This document shows, piece by piece, positions 1 to 13,309 of a stretch of DNA of 64,000 nucleotides (position 1 is the stretch's first letter; the number at the start of each line of letters is the position of its first letter). A model generated the notes under the pieces. That model did no database searches. It was not told the origin of the DNA and worked only from the letters and a program-made list of their open reading frames with translations. The stretch is from positions 11,570 to 75,569 of the forward strand of contig JBKKDM010000177.1 in assembly GCA_046707905.1 (NCBI GenBank), written 5' to 3'. Source of the stretch: Candidatus Limnocylindrales bacterium. Its GTDB lineage: Bacteria; Chloroflexota; Limnocylindria; Limnocylindrales; CSP1-4. The translations under genes were made by a program, and so were the position numbers.

Positions 1-1
1 G

Positions 2-1006
2 GCGGTCCTGGGGCGCGGCTACCGGATCACGTCCTGGAGCCCCACGACCCTGGCCACCGGGGTGTGGTGGTGGTTCGCGAGCGCCACCAGGCGGATCGGC
101 GCCGGCCCCCTGACCAGCAGCGGCAACACGGCCAGCACGTCGTTCGTGGCCGAGTCTGGCATCCCGGTCCCCAGGTACCTGTACGTGTACGAAAACGACG
201 GCATCCAGGCCCTGACCGTCCTGGCGCGCGACGTGTACGTGTACGAAAACGACGGCATCCAGGCCCTGACCGTCCTGGCGCGGGCCCTGTACATCTACGA
301 ACAGTCGCGGGACGGGGAAGTGTTCCCCTGGTTGGAGCGCCTGGTCCCGACCGAACAGGTGGTGGGCGGCCAGGTCGCAATCCACGGCGACGGCCTGGGC
401 AGCGTCGTGGACATCGCGGCCGAAGTCGGGAACGTAATCACGGCCGACAGCACCAGCGGCGGCAACATCCCGGCCAACGCCGTGGAGCGGAACACCGGCG
501 AATGGTTGTCCACCGGCTCCACTGGCGCCTGGATCAGGTTCACGTTCCCAACCGCCCAGGTCCTGACGGCCGTGTCCCTGGAGGACGCGGCGACGGGCGA
601 CTGGGGGGCGCCCCAGTTCCGGTTCAGCGACGGCGGGGCGAACGTGGCCGGCGGCAGCGCGGCGCCCAACCCGGTGTCCGCGTCGGAGTACCCGGTCGGG
701 GCGGCCAGGACCCTGTACACGCTGCCGGCGCCCAGGACCACCACGTACCTGGAAATCCGCGTCAACAGCGGGGGATCGGGCACGACCCGGGGCCTGCGCG
801 AAGTGTGGATTTACGCCGACCGGGACACGGCGGCAGAGGACTCCCAAACGCTCCTGCGCACGGACCTTATGGGGATCGTGACTTGGACCCACCGGAGCGC
901 CAACCTGTTCCCGGCGAACAGCGGCCAGGCGTCGGTGGCGGCGGCCGTGGTGACCGTCCCGCCGACCGGCGATAGCGGCCTGGTCAAGGTCGTGGAAAAC
1001 ACCTGA
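2..1006 (+). CDS. Phage structural/tail-associated protein, 5'-truncated by the window edge; IPT-like and discoidin-like beta domains
   Basis: Frame is open back to base 2. GEWLSTGSTGAWIRFTFPTAQVLTAVSLED resembles F5/8C-type domains. Directly upstream of the tail protein. Confidence 0.6.
   Translation, partial: AVLGRGYRITSWSPTTLATGVWWWFASATRRIGAGPLTSSGNTASTSFVAESGIPVPRYLYVYENDGIQALTVLARDVYVYENDGIQALTVLARALYIYEQSRDGEVFPWLERLVPTEQVVGGQVAIHGDGLGSVVDIAAEVGNVITADSTSGGNIPANAVERNTGEWLSTGSTGAWIRFTFPTAQVLTAVSLEDAATGDWGAPQFRFSDGGANVAGGSAAPNPVSASEYPVGAARTLYTLPAPRTTTYLEIRVNSGGSGTTRGLREVWIYADRDTAAEDSQTLLRTDLMGIVTWTHRSANLFPANSGQASVAAAVVTVPPTGDSGLVKVVENT
181..288 (+). repeat. 54-bp in-frame tandem duplication (2 copies plus a degenerate start of a third)
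   Basis: gtacgtgtacgaaaacgacggcatccaggccctgaccgtcctggcgcg starts at 181 and again at 235; encodes YVYENDGIQALTVLAR twice. Confidence 0.95.
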
Positions 1007-4000
1007 TGGCGGTCCGCGAGTCCAACGCCCTGTTCCTGGAAATCCTGACGGCGAGCCCGTCGTCCGGGGTCCCCATCGAGTTCGACGTGTACGACGGGAC
1101 CAATGTGGCCACGATGCTGGCCACCTTGGAAAATGCCTACGAACGGTCGTTCACCACCGCCCTGGCGGACCTGGGCGCCGGCGGGTTCCGGCTGAACCGC
1201 CACGATCCCAAGGCCACGGCCGCGATCCTCCACCAGGGGAACCTGGTCAAGTGCAAGGTCGGCGGGGTCTATCGGTTCGCCTGGTGGATCGACGACTTGG
1301 TGGACATCCCCCTGGCGCCTGGCGAGGGCGCGGCCGAGTCCATCAACGTCACGGGCCGGGGCGCCCTGGCGTACCTGGAGCGGGCCATCGTTTACCCGCC
1401 GGTGTACCCGCCGGCGACGGTGGGCTACATCGGGTCCACGGAAGTCAACAACGGCGGCGCGTCCAGCATCGCCATGGCCAAGCCCACCGGGGCCAAGGTC
1501 GGGGACACGCTCCTGTACGGGATCGCGGTCCAGGGCGGCTCCAGCGTCAACGTCACCCCGCCGGCCGGCCGGGGGTGGGTGGCCCTGCCCAAAACGGACG
1601 CCGGGACCGCCCTGGCCTTGGCCCTGTTCCGCCGGAAAATCACCAGCAGCACCATCTTTGCCACCGACACGTTCACGTTCGGCGGGGCCAACGACGCCAA
1701 CGGGATCGCCCTGGCGTTCCGGGGGGTGAACGCCGACCTGGCCAGCGGCTCCGAGGCGGCGCAGAACAACGGGTCCACCGTCAACATCACGGCCCCCACC
1801 CTGACGCCCAGCCTGGTCAACAGCGTGTCGGTCGGGTTTTTCGCGACCAACGCCGGGACCAGCGTCACGGCCCCCGCCGGCTACTTCGAACGCCGGGACA
1901 TCAGCGGCGGCGGTTGCACCATCCAGGCGTCCACCAAGGCCCTGGCCGGCCTGGACCCCACGGGCCCGATCATCGGTGTGGCCGGCGCGGCGGACGTAAA
2001 CGTCGGCGCCCACGTGCTCCTTGCGCCGTCGTCCGCGAGCGCGGCCGAGTACAGCGGCCAAACCTGGGGCGCGATCCTGGTGGACCAAATCACGGAAGCC
2101 CAGGCTAGGGGCGCGCTGCCGGACCTGACCTACGATTTCACGGCCGACCTGGACAGCCACGGGGCGGCCTGGGCGGACACCCCGGTGATCGCCTTCCCCG
2201 CCGGCACGACGCTGCTGGACGTGGTGCGCCAGGCCATCGCCATGGGCCTGGACGTGCAAATGACCCCGGAACTGCGGCTCCAGATGTTCGGGGAATACGC
2301 GCGCCACAAGGAAACGACCGTGGTCCTGCGCGCCGGCTACCACCTGACCGACACGGTGGAAAAGCGGATCGCAGAACATGGCCTGAAATCCAGGCTCCTG
2401 GTGGAGGGCGCCGGCGGCCTGTACTTCGAAATCGCGGACCCGGCCATCGAGGCGGACCCCCACGTCGGCCGGCGCGAGGGGTTCCTGTCGTTCCCTGGCA
2501 GCGCCGACCCGACCACGATGCAACGCGCCGGTGAGGCCACCCTGGCGTCCCTGGCGGCGGAAGCGGAAGCCCTGTCGATCCCGGTCACCCACGGCCTGAC
2601 GGGCGGCCACTTCGAACCGTACGCCGACTATCGCCTGGGCGACTGGATCACCCTGGACGTGCCTGGCACGTACGACCTGGAGGCGTTCCGAGTCGCCGGC
2701 CTGACCCTCCAGGACGGGGCCGGCACCGATTTCCTGGTGAGCATCGACCTGAACAGCGTCTCCCTGGAGTACCTAGCCCGGCTAAAGCGGATGCTGGACA
2801 ACCTGGGCGGCTCGGCCAGCGCCGGCGCCGGCAGCGCGGCGGGCGCCCTGTCGGGGACGGTGGGGGGCGGCGGGAGCGGCGGGGCTAGCGGTAAGGTCGC
2901 GGTGAACATCGGGGACACCCCCGGGTACCTGTACGACAAAATCGGGGTGGCCGGCCTGACCAAGGCCATCGTCGGCACCCAGGTGGTTCTGACGGCCGCC
3001 GGCACCCTGGACGGCCTGACCGACGTGGACACGACCACGGTCCCGCCGACCGCCGGCCAGGGCCTGGTGTGGGACGCGGTGGCCGGCATTTGGGAGCCCG
3101 GCACGGTGGCCACCCAGGGCGCCACGGCGGCCTTCGTCGGGGCCCGCGCCTACCGGGGGGTGGACCAAACGGGCGTCGTGACGGCCACCGACACCAGGGT
3201 CCTGTACACCGGGGCGGACTGGTTCGACACGGACGGGTTCCACGACCCGGCGGTGAACCCGTCCCGCATGACGATCCCCGCCGGCCAGGGCGGCAAGTAC
3301 CTGGCCATCGCCACCGTCCCCTGGGACACCAACACGACGGGGAACCGCCACGCCGGGTTCTATGTGAACGGGGTGGGTTACCACTCTTTCGACCGGCGGG
3401 CCGCGTCCAACATCGGGGTCCAAACCATTTCCGGTGTCCTGAACCTGAACCCCGGCGACTACGTGGAAGTCAACTGCTACCAGGACAGCGGCGCCAACCG
3501 GACCCTGAACTTTGGCCTGGCGGGCGGCTGGTTCGACCTGGTGAAACTGGACGGCGGCCGCCTGGGCAACGGGATCGGCGCCAAGGCGTACGCGAGCGCG
3601 GCCACGAACGTGACCAACGTCACATTCACCCCGGTGGCCTTGGCGGCGGAAGCGTTCGACACGGACGGGTTCCATTCCAACGTCACGAACAACAGCCGAA
3701 TGACCATCCCCACCGGGCTGGGCGGCAAGTATTTAGTGATCGCCCAGGCGGACTGGGACAGCAACACCAGCGGCGAGCGCATCATCGAAATCGCCCTGGG
3801 CGGGGCCTACGGGTCGGGCTTCTACGGCTGGAGCCGGGACAACATCCCGAACGGCAACGGCATCACCCGATCCGTGGCCCACATCCTGGACCTGGTGCCC
3901 GGCAACTACGTCGAAATGGCGGTGTACCAAAACAGCGGCAGCACCAGGACGGTCGCGCCGGCGGGCTCCAACCGCAGCAGCTTGGAACTCATCCGCATTG

Positions 4001-4407
4001 ACAGCACGGCCACCGACCCCATGGCGGTCTCCGCGTTCGCGGTGAATAACACAGCGGCCGCCCTGGCAGCGTCCGCGGCGGTGATCACTACAACGGTGAC
4101 CCTGGCGCGCGGCCGCTACCGAGTCACGGCCAGCCTGCGAACTTCGGCCATGACCACGGCGGGCAGCCCTGGGTCCGTGTATCTGCGCGTCGGCGGGGTT
4201 CAACTGCCCAACGGCACGCAGATCGACCTGCGGCCCAGCCCGTCGATCCAGTGGACTTTGTTCGGGTGGTTCGACCACACCGGCGGGAGCGTGACCGTGG
4301 ATGCGTATTTCAGCCGTGAAACGGGAACCACGACATTTGGGCTCGTCGGGACCGCCGAGGAGCGGTTCGGGCAAAAAATGATGATCGAACGGATCGGCAA
4401 CGTATGA
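1006..4407 (+). CDS. Phage minor tail / receptor-binding protein, 1133 aa, with two tandem C1q-like C-terminal domains
   Basis: Siphovirus minor-tail-like N- and mid-regions, a fibre linker (LDGLTDVD..P..GQGLVWD..W), and two ~146-aa repeats sharing GA.AY / FDTDGFH / SRMTIP.G.GGKYL. Confidence 0.75.
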   Translation: MAVRESNALFLEILTASPSSGVPIEFDVYDGTNVATMLATLENAYERSFTTALADLGAGGFRLNRHDPKATAAILHQGNLVKCKVGGVYRFAWWIDDLVDIPLAPGEGAAESINVTGRGALAYLERAIVYPPVYPPATVGYIGSTEVNNGGASSIAMAKPTGAKVGDTLLYGIAVQGGSSVNVTPPAGRGWVALPKTDAGTALALALFRRKITSSTIFATDTFTFGGANDANGIALAFRGVNADLASGSEAAQNNGSTVNITAPTLTPSLVNSVSVGFFATNAGTSVTAPAGYFERRDISGGGCTIQASTKALAGLDPTGPIIGVAGAADVNVGAHVLLAPSSASAAEYSGQTWGAILVDQITEAQARGALPDLTYDFTADLDSHGAAWADTPVIAFPAGTTLLDVVRQAIAMGLDVQMTPELRLQMFGEYARHKETTVVLRAGYHLTDTVEKRIAEHGLKSRLLVEGAGGLYFEIADPAIEADPHVGRREGFLSFPGSADPTTMQRAGEATLASLAAEAEALSIPVTHGLTGGHFEPYADYRLGDWITLDVPGTYDLEAFRVAGLTLQDGAGTDFLVSIDLNSVSLEYLARLKRMLDNLGGSASAGAGSAAGALSGTVGGGGSGGASGKVAVNIGDTPGYLYDKIGVAGLTKAIVGTQVVLTAAGTLDGLTDVDTTTVPPTAGQGLVWDAVAGIWEPGTVATQGATAAFVGARAYRGVDQTGVVTATDTRVLYTGADWFDTDGFHDPAVNPSRMTIPAGQGGKYLAIATVPWDTNTTGNRHAGFYVNGVGYHSFDRRAASNIGVQTISGVLNLNPGDYVEVNCYQDSGANRTLNFGLAGGWFDLVKLDGGRLGNGIGAKAYASAATNVTNVTFTPVALAAEAFDTDGFHSNVTNNSRMTIPTGLGGKYLVIAQADWDSNTSGERIIEIALGGAYGSGFYGWSRDNIPNGNGITRSVAHILDLVPGNYVEMAVYQNSGSTRTVAPAGSNRSSLELIRIDSTATDPMAVSAFAVNNTAAALAASAAVITTTVTLARGRYRVTASLRTSAMTTAGSPGSVYLRVGGVQLPNGTQIDLRPSPSIQWTLFGWFDHTGGSVTVDAYFSRETGTTTFGLVGTAEERFGQKMMIERIGNV

Positions 4408-4793
4408 CGGCGACCCGGCGGTCCAGCGAAGGGTCAGGTCGGCTGGCTGCCCGCGCCGTGACGGACGACATCCGCCTGGCGGACCTGGACGTGGTCGATC
4501 CCGATGGGGACGCTTGGCACCGGGACGCCCTGGAGCGGTTCCTGGACCCCGAGCCCCTGGCCCCCCCCCCCCTGCCCGAGTGGACCGCCCCGGATCACGT
4601 GACCCGCGGCGTGTACGGGCGGTTCCTCCAGGATCGGGACACCCGTGTCGTCCACGACATCCACCAAGCGACGCCGGAGTGCGCGGTCGACGAGATCCGC
4701 CACGGGACGTTCTTCCACTTCTGGTCCGAGGTCCTGGCCGATCCCAGCGTGGCGGCGGACCACCCGTGCCCGCGCTGCATGTCCTCCATCTGA
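4404..4793 (+). CDS. Phage hypothetical protein (C-terminal CPRC; true start may be the GTG near 4457)
   Basis: ATGA overlap with the tail gene; phage-like codon usage. Confidence 0.55.
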   Translation: MTATRRSSEGSGRLAARAVTDDIRLADLDVVDPDGDAWHRDALERFLDPEPLAPPPLPEWTAPDHVTRGVYGRFLQDRDTRVVHDIHQATPECAVDEIRHGTFFHFWSEVLADPSVAADHPCPRCMSSI

Positions 4794-4795
4794 TC

Positions 4796-5542
4796 TCAGC
4801 GCGGACGCTCGACCCCGAGCTTGGCAGCCTCGGCAATGATCAGCTCGGCGTATCGCCTCGCCGGCCAGCCGCGTCGCTGCGCGCCGCCCGGGTGCATTCC
4901 ACAGATCCACGGGACACTCGCTCGCCGCCTCCCAACAACTGTGAACGGCGGGTCGGCGCGAACGAGGTTACCAAGTGCGAGCGGCTCCACGAATGGCCAG
5001 ATGAAGGGGCCGGCGAGTACGAGTACCAAACGAGGGGCCAGTGCCTCCACGACCGCGCTGAGGAATTCGGCAGCCGGCGCGGTCTGAGCCTGCCGCAGCG
5101 CCCCCTCCGGATTGCCCTTGTAGTCGCCCGGCGCGATCGGGTAGAGGTTGGCCCACGCGACGCGGCTGAACCAGGGACTCGCGGTGTTGGGCGCCAGCGC
5201 GTCCGTAACCTCATGGGCCGTGCGCCAGAACGGCGAGTTTTCGACGCGATGGCCCGCGATCCAGCTCATGGGATCATCGAGCTCGGAGAATGTGGCTCTC
5301 GTATCGTCGAGGATCGTCGACCGACCCGCAGGACTGGTCGCGTCGGCCGCCGTCCAATCCGGGATCCAGCCATAGACGGCTTGGCCGACGACGAGAATGC
5401 CGTGGTCGAAATCGCGACCGACCAGTGGCCAGTGGGAGGTGAGACGCCCGTCTCCCACCTCGGAGGCCGAACGGCCGACGCTCCCCAAAAGTCGATCGTA
5501 TGCGTCTGTCATCTGCGGGTTGTCGAGCGGGCTCATTGCCAC
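4796..5542 (-). CDS. Uracil-DNA-glycosylase-fold protein (divergent)
   Basis: ILVVGQAVYGW, VAWANLYPIAP..KGNP, LAPRLVLVLAG and GMHP are placed as in UDG-superfamily motifs. Confidence 0.5.
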   Translation of the reverse strand: MAMSPLDNPQMTDAYDRLLGSVGRSASEVGDGRLTSHWPLVGRDFDHGILVVGQAVYGWIPDWTAADATSPAGRSTILDDTRATFSELDDPMSWIAGHRVENSPFWRTAHEVTDALAPNTASPWFSRVAWANLYPIAPGDYKGNPEGALRQAQTAPAAEFLSAVVEALAPRLVLVLAGPFIWPFVEPLALGNLVRADPPFTVVGRRRASVPWICGMHPGGAQRRGWPARRYAELIIAEAAKLGVERPR

Positions 5543-5703
5543 GGGTGGTTCCTCTCTGGCGGCTCGCGCTGGCGTTTCTCGTCCAGATAATCCGCAGCTA
5601 ATCGGCCGTCGTTACCGTTGCATCGGCCCCCGCTCCGCGCGTTCGCTGCGTCGTGACAGCCTGATGGACGGCGTCGGGGGTCCCACTCGGGCGGCCGGTA
5701 CCG

Positions 5704-6011
5704 CTAGGCGGTGCGCTTGCTCTGGCGCTCCAGTTCGCGCCAGTTCGGCACGAGAGCGGACAACATCGCGCGAAAACGCCTGTCGTGCCCGTGGTACCGC
5801 AGGTGCAGCAGCTCATGCACGATCACGTAGTCCTGAAAGGACTCATCAGCCTCGGCTAAGTCCTGGGCCAAAGTCACAACGCCGTCCCTGGTGCAGGAGC
5901 CCCACCCGCTGGTCATTTCGGCGACGTCCACCCGCCCCGGATTGACCCTCAACCGCAGCGACCATGTCATTGCGCGCCGCTTGAGCTGTTGATCGGGGTA
6001 GAGCGAGGACA

Positions 6012-6012
<1 letters not shown>
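5704..6012 (-). CDS. M48/YgjP-like (DUF45) zinc metallopeptidase, short
   Basis: WGSC and [10 protein letters not shown] (HExxH) motifs. This family is commonly found downstream of hsdR. TGATG-type coupling to hsdR. Confidence 0.85.
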
Positions 6013-8950
<2,938 letters not shown>

Positions 8951-8954
<4 letters not shown>

Positions 8955-9603
8955 GCTCCGCGCCCGAGGGACCCGATCCGCTCGATGACGTTCAGGTCGA
9001 GCTCCTCAGTCCGGAGTCGACCGGACATGAGTTCGCTCATCGCGCTCTTCCTCAGCGAGTCCGTCAGCGACACAAGCCTCATGCCGAGCTCGTTGGCCCG
9101 AACGATGAGGTCCAGGGCGTTGGCGATCGCCTCCTGCTCAGGCTCTGGCGGTAGCACGATCGGCAGCCGATCGATCTTGGCCTTGTTGAGGGTGTTGCCC
9201 TTGATCTGGCGATCGTGGTAATCGGCGTAGTTGAGGCCCGACAGGTAGTAGCCGAGGTACCGCTGGTTCATACCCGCCTTCGGGTAGATCGACATGATCG
9301 CCTCGTTGTGGCAGGCAGGAATGCCTAGCACGGCCACGCGCCCGATAGTCAGCTTGAAACTCATCAGCAGCGTCCCTGCGGGCACGATCCGGCCTCCGAA
9401 GACCTGTCGAAACGCGCGGCCGCTGATCGTCTCCTTCGTATGGCGGATTACCCCGTGCGGCCTCATGTCGGAGATCGCGACCCACGCGACGTTCTCCCCA
9501 TCGTCGTGCCAGTACGTGCTGTTGGCCCGGGCTGGTGTACGACCGATCGCATAGCTCGCGACGTCGGCGAACGCCTCAGTGGTCCAGTCGACGGGCAAAT
9601 CCG

Positions 9604-9607
<4 letters not shown>
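8951..9607 (-). CDS. hsdS: Type I specificity subunit, half-size (single TRD, 218 aa)
   Basis: [34 protein letters not shown] and terminal LMSGRLR; 4-bp overlaps with hsdM and hsdR. Confidence 0.9.
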
Positions 9608-11424
<1,817 letters not shown>

Positions 11425-11460
11425 GTTTGCTATGTTTGCACTTTGCCTATCTGGTGTCAA
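11425..11460 (-). promoter_or_regulatory. Putative leaderless sigma70-type promoter of hsdMSR with GCAAA(C/G) direct repeats
   Basis: Minus strand: TTGACA (11460-11455), 17 nt, AAACAT (11437-11432), 7 nt, ATG. GCAAAG/GCAAAC/GCAAAC repeats overlap the spacer, -10 and start. Confidence 0.5.
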
Positions 11461-11584
11461 ACCTCTATCTCGGGAGATCTCGGGGAGCATGTGGAGCGTC
11501 GGCCCGATTGCTAGACCGAGTCGTCGATTACCGACTCCGCGGGGGCGCGGCCGCCCGCCGACGAAGGAAGCTGAAGTTAGGGGA

Positions 11585-11613
11585 TTGACGGCCTTACCGA
11601 TTCACTCTACCGT
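11585..11613 (+). promoter_or_regulatory. Putative sigma70-type promoter for the 11658 ORF
   Basis: TTGACG, 17 nt, TACCGT. Confidence 0.5.
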
Positions 11614-11657
11614 TCCGGAGTAACAAGGGCGACTCCGAAACAGTAGAGGTCCGAGTC

Positions 11658-12473
11658 ATGACAGAAGCAACTGCCCCGCAAGCGCTGCTCCCGGAGAAGA
11701 AGAGGACGCGCGTCGTCTCCGAGGTTCGGTTCCCCGTGTACTCCCTTCTCGACTCGCTGGAGGTGGCCAGGGCGATTCATGAGAAGGGGGGCGGCCTCGC
11801 GAGCAACGAGCAGCTGGCCGCGTTCCTGCGCTACCGCGGCTCCAACAACGGGTCATACCTCGCCCGCGTGGCGGCGGCCCGCATGTTCGACTTCGTGGCC
11901 GGCGAGGGCAGCCGGCTCACGATCACGGCGCGCGCGCAGACCATCCTGATGCCCGTCTACAAGGAGCAGGCCGAGCAGGCGCTGATCGACGCCTTTATGG
12001 GGGTGCCCCTCTACAGGGCGGTCTACGAGGAGTACCTCGGCAAGGACCTGCCCGGTGAGTTCGGCATGTCGAACGCGCTCCGGACCCGGTTCGGCGTCGC
12101 GCCGAGTCGCGTCGACCCGGCTCTGCGCGCGCTCATGGAGTCCGCCGATCAGGCCGGGCTCTTCAGGACCAAGGGCAGCCGGACACAGCTCATCATCCCG
12201 ACGGTCGGACGTCAGCCCGCCCCCCGGGTTGGCCAGCGGGATGACGCCGTCGGGGAGTACAACCACACCGATCAGGAGGCCGGCGGAGGCGGAGGCGGTG
12301 GGGGCTACCTGCCGCCTGCGACGCCGAAGACGCACGAGGAGCTGCGCAACGAGTACGTCAGCACGCTGATTGCGGTGCTGCGCGATAAGGGAGCTAAGGG
12401 CGAGGCCGACGAGGCCCTGATGGCGCGGATCGAGAAGCTGCTCGGGCTCGTCGAGCCCGAGCCCAACGGCTAG
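11658..12473 (+). CDS. Hypothetical protein with probable N-terminal winged-helix domain(s)
   Basis: RBS agagg; FPVYSLLDSLEVARAI...GS..AAARMFDFV...LTITARA pattern; Gly-rich linker and helical C-terminus. Confidence 0.7.
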   Translation: MTEATAPQALLPEKKRTRVVSEVRFPVYSLLDSLEVARAIHEKGGGLASNEQLAAFLRYRGSNNGSYLARVAAARMFDFVAGEGSRLTITARAQTILMPVYKEQAEQALIDAFMGVPLYRAVYEEYLGKDLPGEFGMSNALRTRFGVAPSRVDPALRALMESADQAGLFRTKGSRTQLIIPTVGRQPAPRVGQRDDAVGEYNHTDQEAGGGGGGGGYLPPATPKTHEELRNEYVSTLIAVLRDKGAKGEADEALMARIEKLLGLVEPEPNG

Positions 12474-12571
12474 ATAGCCGAGGCCCGTGAGCCACCTCAA
12501 CTGCCGCGATCACGGGCTTCGGCTCCAGCGATGTCGCAGTCGATGCGTATCCCAGCTGTGGTTGTCCGACC

Positions 12572-13012
12572 ATGAGCCATCCCGACCCCCTGATCATGTC
12601 GGCGGACATCGCGCGCATGGCCTTTGAGCGCCCGGAGCTCGAGGAGGAACTCGTCCAGGCTATCTACCAACACCTCGTCCTGATCGAGGGCCGGCAGCCG
12701 ACGATCGACGAGCTCCGGGAGTACGTGGACCGCGTGTCCAGTCTCGACCAGGACAAGCTGCGGCAGCGCCTTGGGCTCGGGGCGCGCCGCAGGCGCGCGC
12801 CGCGAGGGCCGGCCAAGCCCGGCCGCGGTCGCCCGAAAGGCACGGGCCTGCTGACGATGACGATCGTCCGGGACGGCAACAGGGCCCTCCGGGCCGAACG
12901 CAAGGGCCGCGCGGTGACCCAGGACGCCTTGGCCGAGCGGCTCGAGGTCTCCGCACGCACGCTGCAGGATTTCCTGAAGGCGAACAACCTGGCCTGGCCC
13001 CTCGAGGACTAG
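12572..13012 (+). CDS. HTH DNA-binding protein (C-terminal HTH)
   Basis: VTQDALAERLEVSARTLQDFLK. Confidence 0.7.
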   Translation: MSHPDPLIMSADIARMAFERPELEEELVQAIYQHLVLIEGRQPTIDELREYVDRVSSLDQDKLRQRLGLGARRRRAPRGPAKPGRGRPKGTGLLTMTIVRDGNRALRAERKGRAVTQDALAERLEVSARTLQDFLKANNLAWPLED

Positions 13013-13087
13013 TTCGCGCCAAACCCGCGCCTTTCTCGTGGGTTTCGCTCGTTTATCCCGCGCCCCCGGCGGCCGTTCAATCCGGCC

Positions 13088-13309
13088 ATGCCCTCCCTCA
13101 CCGTCCGGCTCCCGGACCACGCCGCGGCCGCACTCCATGACCTCGCACAGGTCGAGTGCCGCAGTCCGCGCGATCAGGCCGCGTTCCTGATCCTCGAGGG
13201 CCTCCGGGCGGCCAGGCCGACGTCGGCGCCGGCGTCCGGGTATCAGCCTCTGCATCGCCGATCGGCGACCCGCAAGAAGGCCGTCGTCGCACGGTCGACC
13301 GGGGCATGA
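13088..13309 (+). CDS. Ribbon-helix-helix (Arc/CopG-like) small regulator
   Basis: MPSLTVRLPDHAAAALHDLAQVECRSPRDQAAFLI; ATGA overlap with the primase gene. Confidence 0.65.
   Translation: MPSLTVRLPDHAAAALHDLAQVECRSPRDQAAFLILEGLRAARPTSAPASGYQPLHRRSATRKKAVVARSTGA

Larger units (their letters stand above)
1..4793 (+). mobile_element. Distal end of a prophage tail module (left end outside window)
   Basis: Coupled + strand ORFs (TGATG at 1004-1008, ATGA at 4404-4407) encoding Gly/Thr/Ala-rich virion-type beta proteins. Codon usage (Leu almost all CTG, frequent GAA/AAA) differs visibly from the flanking DNA. No lysis or integrase genes in this part. Confidence 0.75.

Noticed and set aside
181-288. 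54-bp repeat as a CRISPR
   Set aside because: Copies are contiguous with no spacers, in frame, and inside a CDS.
811-2610. 599-aa minus-strand ORF, and similar long antisense ORFs (6690-8285, 13243-14775, 53239-54474)
   Set aside because: Shadow ORFs of real genes in high-GC DNA; Arg/Gly-rich with no motifs.
1006-4407. Diversity-generating retroelement acting on the tail protein
   Set aside because: No reverse transcriptase and no template/variable repeat pair differing only at adenines; the internal repeats are ancient protein-level duplications.
13021-13045. Hairpin AAACCCGCG/CGTGGGTTT as a terminator
   Set aside because: Imperfect stem with a weak U tract, inside an apparently continuous operon; may instead be an operator.
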